DNA of 64,000 nucleotides from the NCBI RefSeq assembly GCF_018977255.1, contig NW_024704742.1, positions 73,720,001-73,784,000 of the forward strand, read 5' to 3'. The notes under the pieces were generated by a model. That model did no database searches. It was not told the origin of the DNA and worked only from the letters and a program-made list of their open reading frames with translations. Numbering within the stretch: the first letter of the stretch is position 1; each line of letters begins with the position of its first letter. Made by a program: the position numbers and the translations under genes. Positions 62,580-64,000 of this stretch are shown piece by piece. The DNA is from Callorhinchus milii. Taxonomy: Eukaryota.

Positions 62580-63225
62580 ATGTCCCCGACCCCATCTGCC
62601 CCACCATCACCATTATGATTCCACTCTCTGGAGTTCCATTCCAGGAGTCCCTCAATTTGCTCCCTCCCTCCCCTCATTCAAGGAACATCAAGACCTAATT
62701 CTTTAACCACGCTTTTACTCATATTTTTCCCTCCCCAACCGACCTCCCTCGACTCCCACCCCCAGCTCAGGTGCCAAGCCGCAGCGTCAAGCCAAGGCGT
62801 TGTGTAAATGTTATGTTTTACCACTCAGCCGGCTCTGGGCTGCTCCACATCCCCCGACCCACCCGCCCCACCATTGGCGGGAGAGCCGTCAGCCACTCTG
62901 CCCCCAACCTCTGGAATTCCATCCCCCAATCATTCCGCCTCACCCCCTCCTTAGCCTCCTTCAAGTCCCGCCTCTTTGACCATGCCATCGGCCACCCCGT
63001 TTCCCCTCCCTTCTTCCCCCTCTGACCCCAGCTCGAGTCTGAAATGCTGTACACTGTCCAGCGCCTTGGGATGTCCTCCCGATGTGAAAGGCGCTATATG
63101 TATGTAATCTTGTTGTTGTTATTGTTTTCGGAAGGGAAACAAGATATTGCTTATGCAGCCTGTGGGCTTTTCTGAAATAGGGAATCTGGCCCATGCCACA
63201 GGCAGCCAGAATGTTGAACTACTCT
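62580..63225 (+). mobile_element. L2-hAT composite with a younger L2 3' end (62822-63120) inserted
   Basis: 62580-62820 and 63120-63225 match 32105-32462. Confidence 0.65.
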
Positions 63226-63650
63226 AATTTAAAACAACTGGTGAAACAATTAGTTCTTTGCAATCATTAAGATGCAAACTGTAGTACAGTAGTTTTTCAT
63301 TTTATAAGATCACTACCTTAAGCAACATTGAGCATAGGCCTTTGGAAGGGTATTTTTTATTCCAGTCAATGCCTATCTATGCTGGTATGAGACCAGAAGA
63401 CTTGGTACGCAGCATTTGTCCATTTTTATACTGGAGTTAAAAATGGAGATGGATCTATGCTTTAAATGGCACTCCACCTACAGCAAAAGAACAATACAAA
63501 CTAATGTAACACAAAAATAATCAGAGGAATTACGAGTTGAAAAGGTGATATTCTGTAAAAATGTATGCAAACTAGACAATCAATATGGCCATAGACAGAC
63601 TGGTAAAAAGGGCAGATGAAGTTTAATGTGGAGAAATGCGAAGTGATGCA

Positions 63651-63918
63651 TTTCATGTCGGGAGGACGTCCCAAAGCGCTGGACAGTCAGGTGTTGGGGC
63701 CCGAGCATGGGGGAGGGATGATGTAGGGGTGAGGGAAGGCAGAGAGGTGGGAAGGCGACCAAAGGCACAATCGAAGAGAAGGGTCTTGCGACCGGCCTTG
63801 AAGGGGGGAAGGGAGGAAGCGAGGCGAAGGGACCGTGGGATGTAGTTCCAAAGTGTGGGGGCAGAGAGGCTGAAAACCCGGCCACTGATGGTAGGGCGGG
63901 TCGGGCGGGAGACGGGAG
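63651..63918 (-). mobile_element. Young L2 3' fragment
   Basis: Stem-loop tail and FKAGRKTLLFD C-terminus. Confidence 0.85.
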
Positions 63919-64000
63919 CAGTGACAGTGACAGGCCCAGTGAGGCAGTGACAGTCACAGGCACAGTGAGACAGTAGTAGTGACAGGCACAGTGAGGCAGT
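63919..64000 (+). repeat. 26-bp minisatellite running off the window end
   Basis: CAGTGACAGTGACAGGCCCAGTGAGG / CAGTGACAGTCACAGGCACAGTGAGA / CAGTAGTAGTGACAGGCACAGTGAGG. Confidence 0.9.

Overview
This is vertebrate genomic DNA. The repeat content (DeuSINE-type SINEs, L2, CR1 and a Penelope-type terminal repeat) points to a cartilaginous fish, possibly a holocephalan; that is an inference. Most of the window is decayed transposable elements, and nearly all ORFs in the supplied track are repeat fragments or chance ORFs. The one clear gene-related feature is a CpG-island promoter at about 57.9-58.75 kb with CRE, CCAAT/E2F, NRF1 and Sp1 motifs. It appears to drive an unidentified minus-strand gene with exon 1 ending at 58153, a ~43 kb first intron, an 87-nt exon with a GC donor (15163-15249) and a 25-nt microexon (12767-12791). 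Four observations stand out. (1) The microexon could act as a frame switch selecting between two ATGs. (2) A Penelope-type insertion has a 13-bp target-site duplication (TSD) and two inverted, decayed hammerhead-ribozyme motifs. (3) L2 and a young tRNA-Ala-derived SINE share a 3' stem-loop with a compensatory base change. (4) There is an internally inverted SINE, a repeated L2-hAT chimera and several long fold-back elements. There are no prokaryotic features (CRISPR, operons) and no rRNA or true tRNA genes. Repeat boundaries are approximate and were read by eye; no database search was run.
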